64,000 nt of DNA from Gammaproteobacteria bacterium (GCA_026981935.1 JALSIC010000002.1:5281-69280), one strand, 5' to 3'; numbered from the stretch's first letter, positions 1 through 10,034 are shown. Numbers and translations are program-made. Notes: generated by a model from the sequence alone, not told the origin.

Positions 1-2132
1 CGACGGGCGAGCGCGGCATGACGCTGCTGCGTCTGTTCCCGCGCCTCTTCCAGTTCGCGGAGCCGCGCCGTCCCCCCGGCCAGCTCTTCTTCCAGGGCAG
101 CGACCCGTTCTGCGGTCCCCCTCAGGGTCTCTTGCAGACGCCGCAGGGTCTGCTCACGCTGCAATACCCCGGCTTCCTCGTCCGCCGGACGGCTCACCCG
201 CACCCAGTTGGGACCCAGCCACACGCCGCTGCGGGTCACCACCGACTCATCCAGACCCAGGCGCTCGCGCAGGAGCAGCGCCGAGGCGAGGTCATCCACT
301 GCATAGACCCCCCCCAGCAGGACGCCCAGATCCCATGGCGCCCGGACCTTGGCCAGCAAGGGGGGGGCCAGCTCCCCGGCGCGGGCAGAGGCCGCGCAGC
401 GCGTATCCAGCAAGGTGATCTCGCCCTCCTCCAGCGCTTCCAGCTCACGGGCAAGATCCGCCAGGCGCTCGATGCAGACCGCCTCCAGATAGGGGCCCAG
501 CACCGTTTCCACGGCCTGTTCCCAACCGGGTTCCACCTGCAGGGATTCCGCCAGCCGTTGCCGGCCGGCAAGTCCGCGGGTTTCCAGCCACTGCCGCGCC
601 GCACCGTCTCCCTTGCCCAGGGCTGCCTCCTGGAGCGCCTTCAAGGTGGCATGACGCGTCTGCTGCTGCTGAAGCTGGCGTCGTGCCTCATCGAGTTGCT
701 GATTCACTTCGTGGTTGTGTCCCCGCTGTGCCGTCAACCGCCGGAGCAACCCTTCCAGTTCCTCTTCCGCCCGGCGCCGCTCTGCATCCAGCGCCGCAAG
801 CTGGCGTGCCATGTCCGCCATGGCAGCCTCGTCCACCTGCCCTTCCAGGTGGCCTCGTTCCTCCTGGAGGCGCTGGAGGCGTTCGTGAAGCTGCAAGAGG
901 TGATCTTCCAGATGGTGAATGCGGGTGCGTTCCACCTCGGCCTGCTGGATCTGGGCGGCAGAGCGGGCATTGAAGGCATCCCATTCGTTTTGCCAGCGTT
1001 GCATCTGCCGTTCCGCCTCGACCAGCGCGGCACTTGAGCGCGCCTCCGCCGCCTGCGCCTGCGCCAGTTCCGGCTCGCTCTGCCGAAGCGACTGTCGCAG
1101 GCCCTCCATTTCGGCGCCATCCTGCGCCATGTGGTTGCCTATCTCCTCCCGGGAACGCTCCACCTCTGCCAGATCCCGCTGGTTTTTCTGCAGACGCTCC
1201 CGGGCATGCTGAATGGCCTGCTCCAGGCGGGCGATCTCGGCTCCGATGCTGTAGAAGCGTCCCTGAACCTCGCCAAAGGACTCGTTGGCATCCAGATGCT
1301 GCTGGCGCTGTTTCTCGATGTCGGCCTCCACGGCGCGTTGATCCGCCACTCTGGCTTCCAGGGCCGTCTCGCGCGCTGCAACCGCCTTTTCCCGCTCCTC
1401 CAGTTCGGCATCGAGGACCTGCCAGCGCAGGGCGATCAGCTGGGCCCTGACCTCGCGTTCCTCCTGTTTGACGACCTTGTATTTCTCCGCTGTCTTTGCC
1501 TGGCGCTTCAGTTTTTCCAGTGTTTTGTCAAGTTCTGACAATAAATCATTAAGCCTGCTAATATTTTCTTTCGTAGAGCGAATGCGGTTTTCGGTTTCCC
1601 TGCGTCGCTCCTTGTATTTGGAGATACCGGCGGCCTCTTCGAGAAAAACCCGCAGCTCTTCCGGCTTGGCCTCGATGAGACGTGACACCGTCCCCTGCTC
1701 GATGATGGCATAGCTGCGCGGCCCCAGGCCCGTGCCGAGAAAGATGTCGGTGATGTCGCGGCGCCTGCAGCGGGTCCCGTTGAGGTAATAGACGGACTGG
1801 CCGTCCCGGGACAGATGGCGCTTGATGGCAATCTCGCTGTACCGGGCATACTGGCCGCCCAGGCTGGCATCCGTATTGTCGAACACCAGCTCGATGGTGG
1901 CATGCCCCACCGGCTTGCGGGAACTGGAACCGTTGAAGATCACGTCTTCCAGGGAATCGCCGCGCAGGTGCTTGGCCGAACTCTCCCCCAGCACCCAGCG
2001 CACGGCATCGATGACGTTGGACTTGCCGCAGCCGTTGGGCCCGACGACGCCGATGAGCTGGCTGGGAAAGGTGATGGTGGTGGGATCGACGAAGGACTTG
2101 AATCCGGCGAGCTTGATCTTCTTCAATCGCAT
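1..2132 (-). CDS. smc: Chromosome segregation protein SMC, N-terminal part (runs off the window start)
   Basis: Manual translation from ATG at 2132: MRLKKIKLAGFKSFVDPT...VGPNGCGKSN (Walker A), followed by coiled-coil. Absent from the ORF track because it is truncated. Confidence 0.95.
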   Translation of the reverse strand, partial: MRLKKIKLAGFKSFVDPTTITFPSQLIGVVGPNGCGKSNVIDAVRWVLGESSAKHLRGDSLEDVIFNGSSSRKPVGHATIELVFDNTDASLGGQYARYSEIAIKRHLSRDGQSVYYLNGTRCRRRDITDIFLGTGLGPRSYAIIEQGTVSRLIEAKPEELRVFLEEAAGISKYKERRRETENRIRSTKENISRLNDLLSELDKTLEKLKRQAKTAEKYKVVKQEEREVRAQLIALRWQVLDAELEEREKAVAARETALEARVADQRAVEADIEKQRQQHLDANESFGEVQGRFYSIGAEIARLEQAIQHARERLQKNQRDLAEVERSREEIGNHMAQDGAEMEGLRQSLRQSEPELAQAQAAEARSSAALVEAERQMQRWQNEWDAFNARSAAQIQQAEVERTRIHHLEDHLLQLHERLQRLQEERGHLEGQVDEAAMADMARQLAALDAERRRAEEELEGLLRRLTAQRGHNHEVNQQLDEARRQLQQQQTRHATLKALQEAALGKGDGAARQWLETRGLAGRQRLAESLQVEPGWEQAVETVLGPYLEAVCIERLADLARELEALEEGEITLLDTRCAASARAGELAPPLLAKVRAPWDLGVLLGGVYAVDDLASALLLRERLGLDESVVTRSGVWLGPNWVRVSRPADEEAGVLQREQTLRRLQETLRGTAERVAALEEELAGGTARLRELEEAREQTQQRHAALAR

Positions 2133-2505
2133 GGGACGCCAAGATACAGGAAAAACCGCCGCAGAGACAAGCAGCGGATAAAGGTCCGTTCCTACCCTGC
2201 AAGACGGGGCAACGACGCCGGGCTCCGCTGAGCACTCGCTGAGCAATCCGTGAGGTGACCTTCCGGGAGGGGACGCAAAAAAATTTTCAAACGGGGTGCA
2301 TTACATGCTACGATCAGCGCGACTGCTGCCTTATCGCTCACTGTCAGATGTGGTCATGCCTTGCGCCTTCCCTGCCTGTATACGAAACAGCACTGCGAAG
2401 CAGTTCCTGGCCTGATCCCATATGCCAGCTTGCGAAGCAGGCGCCGGTTTCCGTCCCCGGAGGGGGTGGACAGTAACAATCTGTAATCAATAAAGGTATT
2501 TATCC

Positions 2506-2991
2506 ATGCAAATTGCAAACGACAAAGTGGTCACGATCGACTATGTGCTCACCGACGACCAGGGCAATGTCATCGACCGTTCCGAGGGCGGCCAGTTCGC
2601 CTATCTGCACGGTGCCCAGAACATCATTCCGGGCCTGGAAAAGGCGTTGACCGGCAAGGAGAAGGGCGAGCATTTCAACGTGGCCATCGCGCCCGAGGAG
2701 GGCTATGGACTGCGCGACGAATCATTGACGCAGGTGGTACCGCGCAATGCCTTCGAGTCACCGGACGACATTGCCGTGGGACGTCAGTTTCACGCCCAGT
2801 CACCCAACGGCCAGCCCCTGGTCATCACGGTCGTCGCCGTGGCCGAGGACGAAGTCACCATCGACGGCAACCATCCCCTTGCCGGCGCCAACCTGAACTT
2901 CGATATCAATATCGTCGATGTGCGCGACGCCACGGCAGAGGAACTCAGCCACGGCCATGTGCACGGCCCGGGAGGACATGCCCACGACTGA
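2506..2991 (+). CDS. slyD: FKBP-type peptidyl-prolyl isomerase SlyD
   Basis: YLHGAQNIIPGLE, APEEGYG, IDGNHPLAG motifs and a His-rich tail HGHVHGPGGHAHD. Confidence 0.95.
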   Translation: MQIANDKVVTIDYVLTDDQGNVIDRSEGGQFAYLHGAQNIIPGLEKALTGKEKGEHFNVAIAPEEGYGLRDESLTQVVPRNAFESPDDIAVGRQFHAQSPNGQPLVITVVAVAEDEVTIDGNHPLAGANLNFDINIVDVRDATAEELSHGHVHGPGGHAHD

Positions 2992-3008
2992 AGCCGCAGA
3001 CACAGCAG

Positions 3009-3045
3009 ACCGCCGGACAGCAGGTATCTGCCCGGCGGTTTTTTT
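3009..3045 (+). terminator. Rho-independent terminator of slyD
   Basis: ACCGCCGGACAG / CTGCCCGGCGGT stem (1 mismatch) followed by a T-run. Confidence 0.8.
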
Positions 3046-3225
3046 GCTTTGTTGACTGGCTCAGGAGTCTGCCGGACTCAGGACTGATCTACTGCGCGGG
3101 TGGAAGAGCGGCCCGAATCTCCCCGATTCCTCGTTGCGTAGTCCCACTATGCGCCTCGAAACCGTGAAGATTCGTTCTTGCTCTCCCGCCACGCTCGCTA
3201 CGATCGCCTGAATCCGACGGACTCC

Positions 3226-4041
3226 TTAGAGGGTCGCGCCCTTGCGATCCAGGGCCTCGCGGCTGAGGCGCTCGACGACATACCCGTAGGCCTCATCCAC
3301 CGAGTCCGTCTGAAACATGAGTTCCATGTCCCGGGCGCTGATGGTGCCGTACCGGATCATGGCATCGAAATTGATGACTTCACGCCAGTACGCCTTGCCG
3401 AAGAGAACGATGGGCAGGGGTTTGCGCATCTTGCGGGTCTGCAGCAGGGTCAGCAGCTCCGACAGCTCGTCCAGGGTACCGAACCCGCCCGGAAAGACCA
3501 GCACGGCCTTTGCCAGATAGGCGAACCAGAACTTGCGCATGAAGAAATAATGAAAGTGGAATGACAGCTCGCGGGTTACATAGCGGTTGTCGAATTCTTC
3601 CACGGGTATGGAGATGGTCAGTCCCACATTCATGCCACGTGCCTCGGAGGCCCCGCGGTTGGCCGCCTCCATGATACCCGGGCCGCCCCCCGTGCACACG
3701 ACGAAGCGACGTTTCTCATCCGCCAGCTGCTTGGACCATTCGGTGAGACGTCGCGCCAGTTCCCTGGCCGCTTCATAGTAGCGGGACATCTCCAGCATGG
3801 TACGGGCCCGTTCCCTGTCACCGCCTTCGCGTTCCACGCGTTCCAGCTGTTCGCGCGCCGCCGCTTCGGGCAGGATGCGCGCCGAGCCCAGAAAAACGAT
3901 GGTATCATCCACCGCATAGCGGGCAAACCGGCTGGCGGGCTCGTGATACTCCGCCAGAATACGCAGGGAACGGGCATCACGGCTGCTGAGGAACGCTTCG
4001 TTGCGAAAGGCTTCCACGGCCGTGCTGGATTTCAACGCCAT
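3226..4041 (-). CDS. LOG family nucleotide phosphoribohydrolase (TIGR00730-like)
   Basis: TGGGPGIMEAANRGA, YFFMRK and PGGFGTLDEL motifs. Confidence 0.9.
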   Translation of the reverse strand: MALKSSTAVEAFRNEAFLSSRDARSLRILAEYHEPASRFARYAVDDTIVFLGSARILPEAAAREQLERVEREGGDRERARTMLEMSRYYEAARELARRLTEWSKQLADEKRRFVVCTGGGPGIMEAANRGASEARGMNVGLTISIPVEEFDNRYVTRELSFHFHYFFMRKFWFAYLAKAVLVFPGGFGTLDELSELLTLLQTRKMRKPLPIVLFGKAYWREVINFDAMIRYGTISARDMELMFQTDSVDEAYGYVVERLSREALDRKGATL

Positions 4042-4185
4042 CTCTCCCTACCCTCTCCAAGTGATCTCAACTCATCCCCCTTTCATCATGCCAGAGCCGT
4101 GCCACACCACACCACAGCCCCTTGGGAATCCAGCGGTGTCTCATACCGGCGCCAGCCCTTCTCGCGCCCGTTCTTCCAGGCGCCC

Positions 4186-4632
4186 TCATGAATGATCGTT
4201 GTCAGGGCCATGAAGATCCCAGAATTTCTCCATGGCAAGATAAGTGAAGGACGCCGTCCAGGTAATCAGCATGAGGCCGATGAGGGCCTCGATCCCGGTG
4301 AGGATGCGCAATTCATCCTGCAGATAGAGGTCACCCAGGCCCAGCGAGGTGTAATTGGACAGCGAGAAGTAGAAATAGTCGTAAAAGCCATCCTGACGGT
4401 TTCCCGCCAGTGCCCCTACTCCCTGCAGCTCCACCAGGACGTAGAAGGCCGCTGCGAAGAGGGCCACCTCGAGCAGATGGGCGCCAAAGGCAAAGAAGAT
4501 CACCACCAGGATCCGGGCACGGGGACGGATGGCGATACATCCCAGGGAGGTGGACGCCAGACGCAGGACCTCGTAATGGATCAGCACGGTCAGGGCCACC
4601 AGGACAAGGCTGACCGCCAGTTCCACCATCAT
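4186..4632 (-). CDS. Small two-TM ion channel (K+ channel pore domain family)
   Basis: TM-pore helix-TM layout; filter-like YFSLSNYTSLGLGD. Confidence 0.8.
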   Translation of the reverse strand: MMVELAVSLVLVALTVLIHYEVLRLASTSLGCIAIRPRARILVVIFFAFGAHLLEVALFAAAFYVLVELQGVGALAGNRQDGFYDYFYFSLSNYTSLGLGDLYLQDELRILTGIEALIGLMLITWTASFTYLAMEKFWDLHGPDNDHS

Positions 4633-4674
4633 GGAATCCTGCCGGAGTGCAACGACCCTCCCCGCTCGTGCCTC

Positions 4675-5061
4675 TTATTCCTCGCAGGAATACCCCAGCA
4701 ATGACAGCCCCTCTTCCAGATAATCCGCCACCAGGGGGGTGGCAATGAGGTACTCGGCGGTACGCTCATTGTGCTGTTCATGGGCCGCCTCCAGGGCCGC
4801 AGCCCACTCGTCCACCTCATAGTCGCCCCGGCCCAGCCACATCAGCGCCACCAGCGCCTCCTGCTGATCGGGCTCGAGATCCTCGATGGTGGTCTTGAGT
4901 TCCAGGTAGGTGGGATCGTCCTCGTGATCGGCAAGGACCTGCAAGGCCCAGTCGTCAGCGGGATTTTCCGGCAGGTCCGGAATCACCACCTGCTCCTTGG
5001 CATGGAATTCATGGGCCTTGGCGATGATGAAACAGACGATCTCCGGATTAACTTCCAGCAT
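4675..5061 (-). CDS. DUF3775 domain protein
   Basis: LVALMWLGRGDY motif, acidic protein. Start moved to ATG 5061, which has an upstream GAGGGGG SD. Confidence 0.8.
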   Translation of the reverse strand: MLEVNPEIVCFIIAKAHEFHAKEQVVIPDLPENPADDWALQVLADHEDDPTYLELKTTIEDLEPDQQEALVALMWLGRGDYEVDEWAAALEAAHEQHNERTAEYLIATPLVADYLEEGLSLLGYSCEE

Positions 5062-5197
5062 GAACTCCCCCTCGGCATGTCTTCTCATGGAATTCGTTTC
5101 TCTCGTCAGTAAGGGGCGCATCGGCGATGCGGCAGCAAGGTGAATGCTCTATTATCAACCAGGCTTTGGCAAACCGGAACCCCTCAGCCGGAATCCG

Positions 5198-5779
5198 TCA
5201 GGCGTCCGCCCCGGCAATGGTGCCTGCTCCGTCAGGCGGGCATGATTGCGGATCAGGCGCGGCGTAGCGTTTCACTGCCTCCAGAAACAACAGGCGCTGC
5301 TTGCGATCGGCCCACCGGATCTCATCGATGATGGGCAGACCGGGCCGCCCGGCCCGCAGGCACTGGACAAACAGGCCCTCGTCCCGCGCCACTTCCAGCC
5401 CCCAGGCGTCGAACACAGGCACATCGAGACCGCAACTGGGCGAGCCGCTCTTCAGGATGAAACCGCTGATCTCGTCCAGCCCGGCGAGACGCCGCGCCGC
5501 CCGGGTCAGGACATCGGTGCGGTCGGCATGGGGCGCTCCCGCTTCCATCAGGCGCGTTCCGCCATCACGACGTACCAGTTGCATGGGCGGGCGGGGCACC
5601 CCCAGGCCCGCTTCCACCTCCGGGCAGACCGGTACCGCCTGGAGATGCAGGCGTGCCAGTTCGGCCTGCAATCCCGGAAACCATTTGTGGCGGCCATCAT
5701 AGCGGACGCGGTCCCCCAGCAGGCAACGGCTGACCCCCACCCGCAGAACCTGGCTGACCTCCGCTGTGGCCACCGACAC
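5198..5779 (-). CDS. DUF523 / TudS (thiouracil desulfidase) family Fe-S protein
   Basis: GVSRCLLGDRVRYDG, PVCPEVEAGLGVPR, FILKSGSPSCG. Confidence 0.85.
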   Translation of the reverse strand: MSVATAEVSQVLRVGVSRCLLGDRVRYDGRHKWFPGLQAELARLHLQAVPVCPEVEAGLGVPRPPMQLVRRDGGTRLMEAGAPHADRTDVLTRAARRLAGLDEISGFILKSGSPSCGLDVPVFDAWGLEVARDEGLFVQCLRAGRPGLPIIDEIRWADRKQRLLFLEAVKRYAAPDPQSCPPDGAGTIAGADA

Positions 5780-5782
5780 GCC

Positions 5783-6649
5783 CTACTCCACCAGCAGCTC
5801 GCGCAACCGCCGCAGTTTGTCCTTGACGATGCGTGCATTCTCCGGCCCCATGCGCAACAGCACCTTCTGGCCGGACGCGAGCCCCTCCAGGGCGGGGTCG
5901 GCAAACTTGTAATGGACAGAAGGCTGAACCAGCTCGATCTCCCCCGACAGGTCAGGCGTCTGCAGCAGGGTATCGATCACCGCCACCAGGCGCGCCTCGA
6001 AGGACTTGCCGGGATAGCCCAGTTCTTCGTAGGCAGCCTGAAAGAGGGAAGCAAAGCGCCGGTAGAAGGCCTGTAAATCCGAGGGATCGAGCTTTTCCAG
6101 CAGACTCACATAGGGGCGGTAACGATCATAGTTGGCAGGATCGAGATAGATCTTCTCCCCCCGGCGCCGCACACGGAATTCACCGCCCGGCGGGCGCAGG
6201 GGCAGGTACTTGACCGGCAGGCGCCGGTCCCTGAGATTGTCCGCGATGATGACACTCTTGCGCACAAGCTGCGGCGGACGCAGCAGATCACCGAGATCCG
6301 GCGCATCCACCAGGGCCGTCAGAGATTCGGCGAAGAACGCATCGCTCTCGTCCAGGGAGGGCAGCTCGGGGACGGCCGGGGCTGCCTCCGCCTCCGCTTC
6401 CCGGGTATCCGGCCCGGGCTCAGGTGCTGCAGGCGGAACAGTTTCCTCGAGGCCCGGCGCCTGTCCGGACAAGGCGACGGGCGCGGCTTCTTCCGTTTCA
6501 TTTCCTTCGTCCGGCCAGAAGTAGATCAGCAAGGTGGCGATGATCAGTCCCAGCAGGACCCCCACCACAACCCTGGTCAGCCGCTCTCCGCCGCGTGAAG
6601 ACGGGAACGATCCGTCATGCCATTCACGATATCGCTTCGCCTCTCTCAT
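5783..6649 (-). CDS. DUF3014 domain protein (N-terminal TM anchor, Pro/Ala linker)
   Basis: NYDRYRPYV, LFQAAYEELGYP, YKFADPALEGLASGQKVLLRMGPENA. Start uncertain. Confidence 0.8.
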   Translation of the reverse strand: MREAKRYREWHDGSFPSSRGGERLTRVVVGVLLGLIIATLLIYFWPDEGNETEEAAPVALSGQAPGLEETVPPAAPEPGPDTREAEAEAAPAVPELPSLDESDAFFAESLTALVDAPDLGDLLRPPQLVRKSVIIADNLRDRRLPVKYLPLRPPGGEFRVRRRGEKIYLDPANYDRYRPYVSLLEKLDPSDLQAFYRRFASLFQAAYEELGYPGKSFEARLVAVIDTLLQTPDLSGEIELVQPSVHYKFADPALEGLASGQKVLLRMGPENARIVKDKLRRLRELLVE

Positions 6650-6673
6650 CTCCCGACCGCCTCATACCAGTTC

Positions 6674-7576
6674 TCAGGCCAGTTCCAGGAATGACAGACA
6701 CGCCGGTTCCAGCATCTCCCGGGCCTTGGCAAGGATACGCGCCTCGTGCGCCGGCGACAACAGTTCCCGGTAACCGCCGCTCTGGCCCTTGCGAATGAAA
6801 CCGCCGGGCCGGAACAACGGCGCCTCGTCAGCGGAAAAGCGGGTGAATCGCTCGGCATGGGCCCGCATCCATGAGAACGAGCAGTATTCCAGCACCTTCT
6901 CCCGCTGTACCGGTGTCAGCGACCACCCCAGAAAGGCGGCGATGCGATCCAGGGCGGCAGGAAAATCCCGCTTCAGGTCTTCATAGCGAAGCCACAGGAC
7001 ATTGGGATCCCGGAAATGGGGCCACCAGCTCTGCACGTTCCGGAACCAGGCACCGAAGTCCAGCCAGCGCTCGAAGAATTCATCGAAAGAAGCGGGCCTG
7101 GGGATGCCTGCCCGCCGGCGCGCCTCAGGCGTCATGTCCATGAGGTGATGATAGAAGCTCACGCAGCAGTCGCGGGGATCCCGCGAGGTCAAGACGATGC
7201 GTACCGTATCGGCGGCCGGCGTCTGGGGATAGGTGCAATGGGTCTTGAAGATCCGGGGGTCGGACATGGCCTCGTATTCCGCCAGCACCACCCGCCAGTC
7301 CTTCCCGGGGCGCGGGCGCTCCAGCCAGGGCACCACGTCATAGATGGACCGGAAATCCGTATCCCCGCCGCTGCGCAACTGGTGCAGGATCTGCTGCATC
7401 CAGGTGGTTCCGGCCTTGGGCGCCGTCGTGATGAGCACGTCGCTGGGACGTCCCTTGAATCCGGCCAGCAGGCGCGGATCATGAAGGGGACCGGGACGCC
7501 CCCAGCGGGGGTCCGGTGCGGGGTCCTTCTGCATCCCCGTCCCGTCCCTGTCACCGTGTTTGTCCGAATCGGTCAT
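6674..7576 (-). CDS. PAPS-dependent sulfotransferase (Sulfotransfer_1)
   Basis: 5'-PSB motif PKAGTTW, KTH, 3'-PB motif RDPRDCCVSFYH, FIRKGQSG. Start set at ATG 7576. Confidence 0.9.
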   Translation of the reverse strand: MTDSDKHGDRDGTGMQKDPAPDPRWGRPGPLHDPRLLAGFKGRPSDVLITTAPKAGTTWMQQILHQLRSGGDTDFRSIYDVVPWLERPRPGKDWRVVLAEYEAMSDPRIFKTHCTYPQTPAADTVRIVLTSRDPRDCCVSFYHHLMDMTPEARRRAGIPRPASFDEFFERWLDFGAWFRNVQSWWPHFRDPNVLWLRYEDLKRDFPAALDRIAAFLGWSLTPVQREKVLEYCSFSWMRAHAERFTRFSADEAPLFRPGGFIRKGQSGGYRELLSPAHEARILAKAREMLEPACLSFLELA

Positions 7577-7580
7577 CTGC

Positions 7581-8903
7581 TCAGTCCGACAGATGGCGCG
7601 CCAGCAGCCCCATGTGATATCGGCCGGCCCCCAGGGGAATCCGGACGCGGTGGCCGCCACCCGGCGCCTCGCGAATGGCGCGCCCCCGGGCATCCTCCAT
7701 GGCCTCCAGGGTGAAGACCCGGTTTCCCTCGGGCAGAATCAGTTCCAGCCGGTCACCCACGGCGAACTTGTTCTTCACCGCCACTTCCACCATCCCCCCC
7801 GCGTCGGTCTCGTCCAGCACCTCGCCCACGAAGCGTTGCAGACGGCTCTCGGAACGGCCGCAGTCGTAGTTCTGGTACGCCTGGGGCGGATGGCGATCGA
7901 AGAAACCGCTGGTATAGCCACGGTTCGCGAGGTGTTCCAGGCTTCCCAGCAGGGTGGCATCGAAGGGCCGGCCCGCGACGGCATCGTCGATGGCCTGACG
8001 GTACACCTGGGTGGTACGGGCCACGTAATAATGGGATTTGGTCCGCCCCTCGATCTTGAGGCAGTCCACCCCCATGCGCACCAGGCGCTCCACGTATTCC
8101 ACCGCCCGCAGATCACGTGAATTGAGTATATAGGTGCCGTGCTCATCCTCTTCCACGGGCATCAGTTCACCGGGCCGGCTGCGCTCTTCCAGAAGATAAG
8201 CGGGCTTCTCCACCACGTCGCCGTTGTCATCACGCCGGGCGGGATGCAGGTCATATTGCCAGCGACAGGCATTGGTGCAGGTACCCTGGTTGGGATCGCG
8301 ATGATTGAAATAGCCCGACAACAGGCAGCGCCCCGAATAGGCGATGCACAATGCGCCGTGCACGAACACTTCCAGCTCCATCGCCGGGCACTCGGCACGA
8401 ATCTCCGCCACCTCGTCCAGCGACAGCTCGCGGGACAGGATCACGCGACGGATACCGAGCCGCTCCCAGAAGCGCACGCCGGCATAGTTCATGGTATTGG
8501 CCTGCACCGACAGATGCACCGGCAGATCAGGCCAGCGGTCGCGCACCAGCATGATGAGCCCCGGATCCGCCATGATCAGGGCATCGGGGCCCATCTCCAC
8601 CACCGGGGCCAGATCCGCAAGAAAGGTCTTCACCTTGCTGTTGTGGGGCAGAACATTGCATACCAGATAGAAACGCCGCCCCCGGGCATGTGCGATCTCG
8701 ATGCCCGCGGCGAGATTTTCCAGGCGATGGAAATCGTTGTTGCGTACGCGCAGGCCATATCGGGGCATGCCGGCATAGACGGCATCCGCCCCATAGGCCA
8801 GGGCATAGCGCAGGTTTCGCAAGGTACCGGCCGGCGCGAGCAGCTCGGGGGCATCCCGCCCGGCGGCAGTATCTCCGGAATCGTCACGCGTTGTTTGTTT
8901 CAT
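7581..8903 (-). CDS. trhP: U32 peptidase family, tRNA 5-hydroxyuridine modification protein TrhP/YegQ
   Basis: PELLAPAG, GADAVYAG, HGALCIAYSGRCLLS, KIEGRTKS. Start set at ATG 8903. Confidence 0.85.
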   Translation of the reverse strand: MKQTTRDDSGDTAAGRDAPELLAPAGTLRNLRYALAYGADAVYAGMPRYGLRVRNNDFHRLENLAAGIEIAHARGRRFYLVCNVLPHNSKVKTFLADLAPVVEMGPDALIMADPGLIMLVRDRWPDLPVHLSVQANTMNYAGVRFWERLGIRRVILSRELSLDEVAEIRAECPAMELEVFVHGALCIAYSGRCLLSGYFNHRDPNQGTCTNACRWQYDLHPARRDDNGDVVEKPAYLLEERSRPGELMPVEEDEHGTYILNSRDLRAVEYVERLVRMGVDCLKIEGRTKSHYYVARTTQVYRQAIDDAVAGRPFDATLLGSLEHLANRGYTSGFFDRHPPQAYQNYDCGRSESRLQRFVGEVLDETDAGGMVEVAVKNKFAVGDRLELILPEGNRVFTLEAMEDARGRAIREAPGGGHRVRIPLGAGRYHMGLLARHLSD

Positions 8904-8907
8904 ACAA

Positions 8908-9360
8908 TCAGGTCTGCATCTCCCACTGGGGTGCCCGGCCACACGCCAGGTAACAAAGATAATCGGCGAGGATCTGTCCGTGATCAAAGGCCAGCGCCAC
9001 ACCCGGCGTGCGCGGATCGACGAGCCTGACCTGCCGCGCATCGTCATGCGCCCGGGGAACACCCCGGGCATCGGCCACGTAGACGACGCTGGCCGTATGA
9101 CCCCGCGGATCCCGCCCTGGCGAGGAGTAACACCCCAGCAGGCAGCGCAGCCTCACCGCCAGCCCCGTCTCCTCCCGGGCCTCGCGCACCGCCGCCGCCT
9201 CCACGGTTTCGCCAAGGTCCACGAAACCGCCGGGCAAGGCCCAGCCCGCGGGTGGATTGCGGCGCTCGATCAGCACGATGCGTTCATCCGAATGCGTTTC
9301 GCCGGCACACTCGAGACGGATGATGACATCGGCTGCCAACAGGGGCGTGACTGGCTTCAT
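8908..9360 (-). CDS. NUDIX hydrolase
   Basis: Nudix box GGFVDLGETVEAAAVREAREETGL; RDPRGHT; LAFDH. Confidence 0.9.
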   Translation of the reverse strand: MKPVTPLLAADVIIRLECAGETHSDERIVLIERRNPPAGWALPGGFVDLGETVEAAAVREAREETGLAVRLRCLLGCYSSPGRDPRGHTASVVYVADARGVPRAHDDARQVRLVDPRTPGVALAFDHGQILADYLCYLACGRAPQWEMQT

Positions 9361-9610
9361 GGTCTTGGATCCGCTCAGGCCTGTGATCAGGAAATGGCCA
9401 GAGTGTAGCATATCGGGCCTTCCTCCCCGGACGGACCACGTCCAACAGTGCACCTGGCTGTACACTCAGCTGTCCCCCCCCGCTATTCACCTATATTTTT
9501 AATGGTTATGGGGGCTTGTAATATGGTTGAAGCTGCAGTAACAATGGGCCAGGGAGGGCCTTGGCATGTCATTGACCATCAGCCCAACAATACCTTGAAG
9601 GAGGTACACC

Positions 9611-9985
9611 ATGAACATGACGCGCGTCATTCCCGGTTTTTTTCTCCTTTTCTTCATACTGGGTTCCCCGCTTGTCCTGGCCGATTCCCGCACCGCCGAA
9701 ATGGCGGACATCATACTCCATCTCAACCACCATCCTTCGGGCGCCGAGAAACGGACGCTGCGGGAAATTCTCAACAGCGATCACGCCAGCAAGGGAGAAC
9801 GCATCCTGGCCATGGCTCTGCTCAACATGAATCACAAGGTCACGCCGGCGGACCGGGCCCAGTTGCGCGAGCTGGCACAGGACAGCGCGGCACCCGCGGC
9901 GGAGCGCGAACTGGCCGAGATCCTCATGAACCTGAACCACAAGCCCAGCGCCTCGGCCAAGGAGCGGCTGAAACGCCTGCGCTGA
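9611..9985 (+). CDS. Hypothetical secreted protein with three 35-aa repeats
   Basis: Signal-peptide-like N-terminus, RBS GAGG, repeats centred on LNHHPS / MNHKVT / LNHKPS. Confidence 0.75.
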   Translation: MNMTRVIPGFFLLFFILGSPLVLADSRTAEMADIILHLNHHPSGAEKRTLREILNSDHASKGERILAMALLNMNHKVTPADRAQLRELAQDSAAPAAERELAEILMNLNHKPSASAKERLKRLR

Positions 9986-10003
9986 AGCCCGGCCTGTATC
10001 TTC

Positions 10004-10034
10004 GCCTGGCCTGCCTCCGGGTGGCAGGCCAGGC
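10004..10034. terminator. 12-bp perfect hairpin downstream of the repeat-protein gene, possible terminator
   Basis: GCCTGGCCTGCC-N7-GGCAGGCCAGGC; weak U-tract. Confidence 0.4.

Noticed and set aside
2255-2290. GGGACGCAAA resembling part of a c-di-GMP-I riboswitch
   Set aside because: The upstream GCAAAC/GAAA stem-loop and the downstream P2 stem are missing
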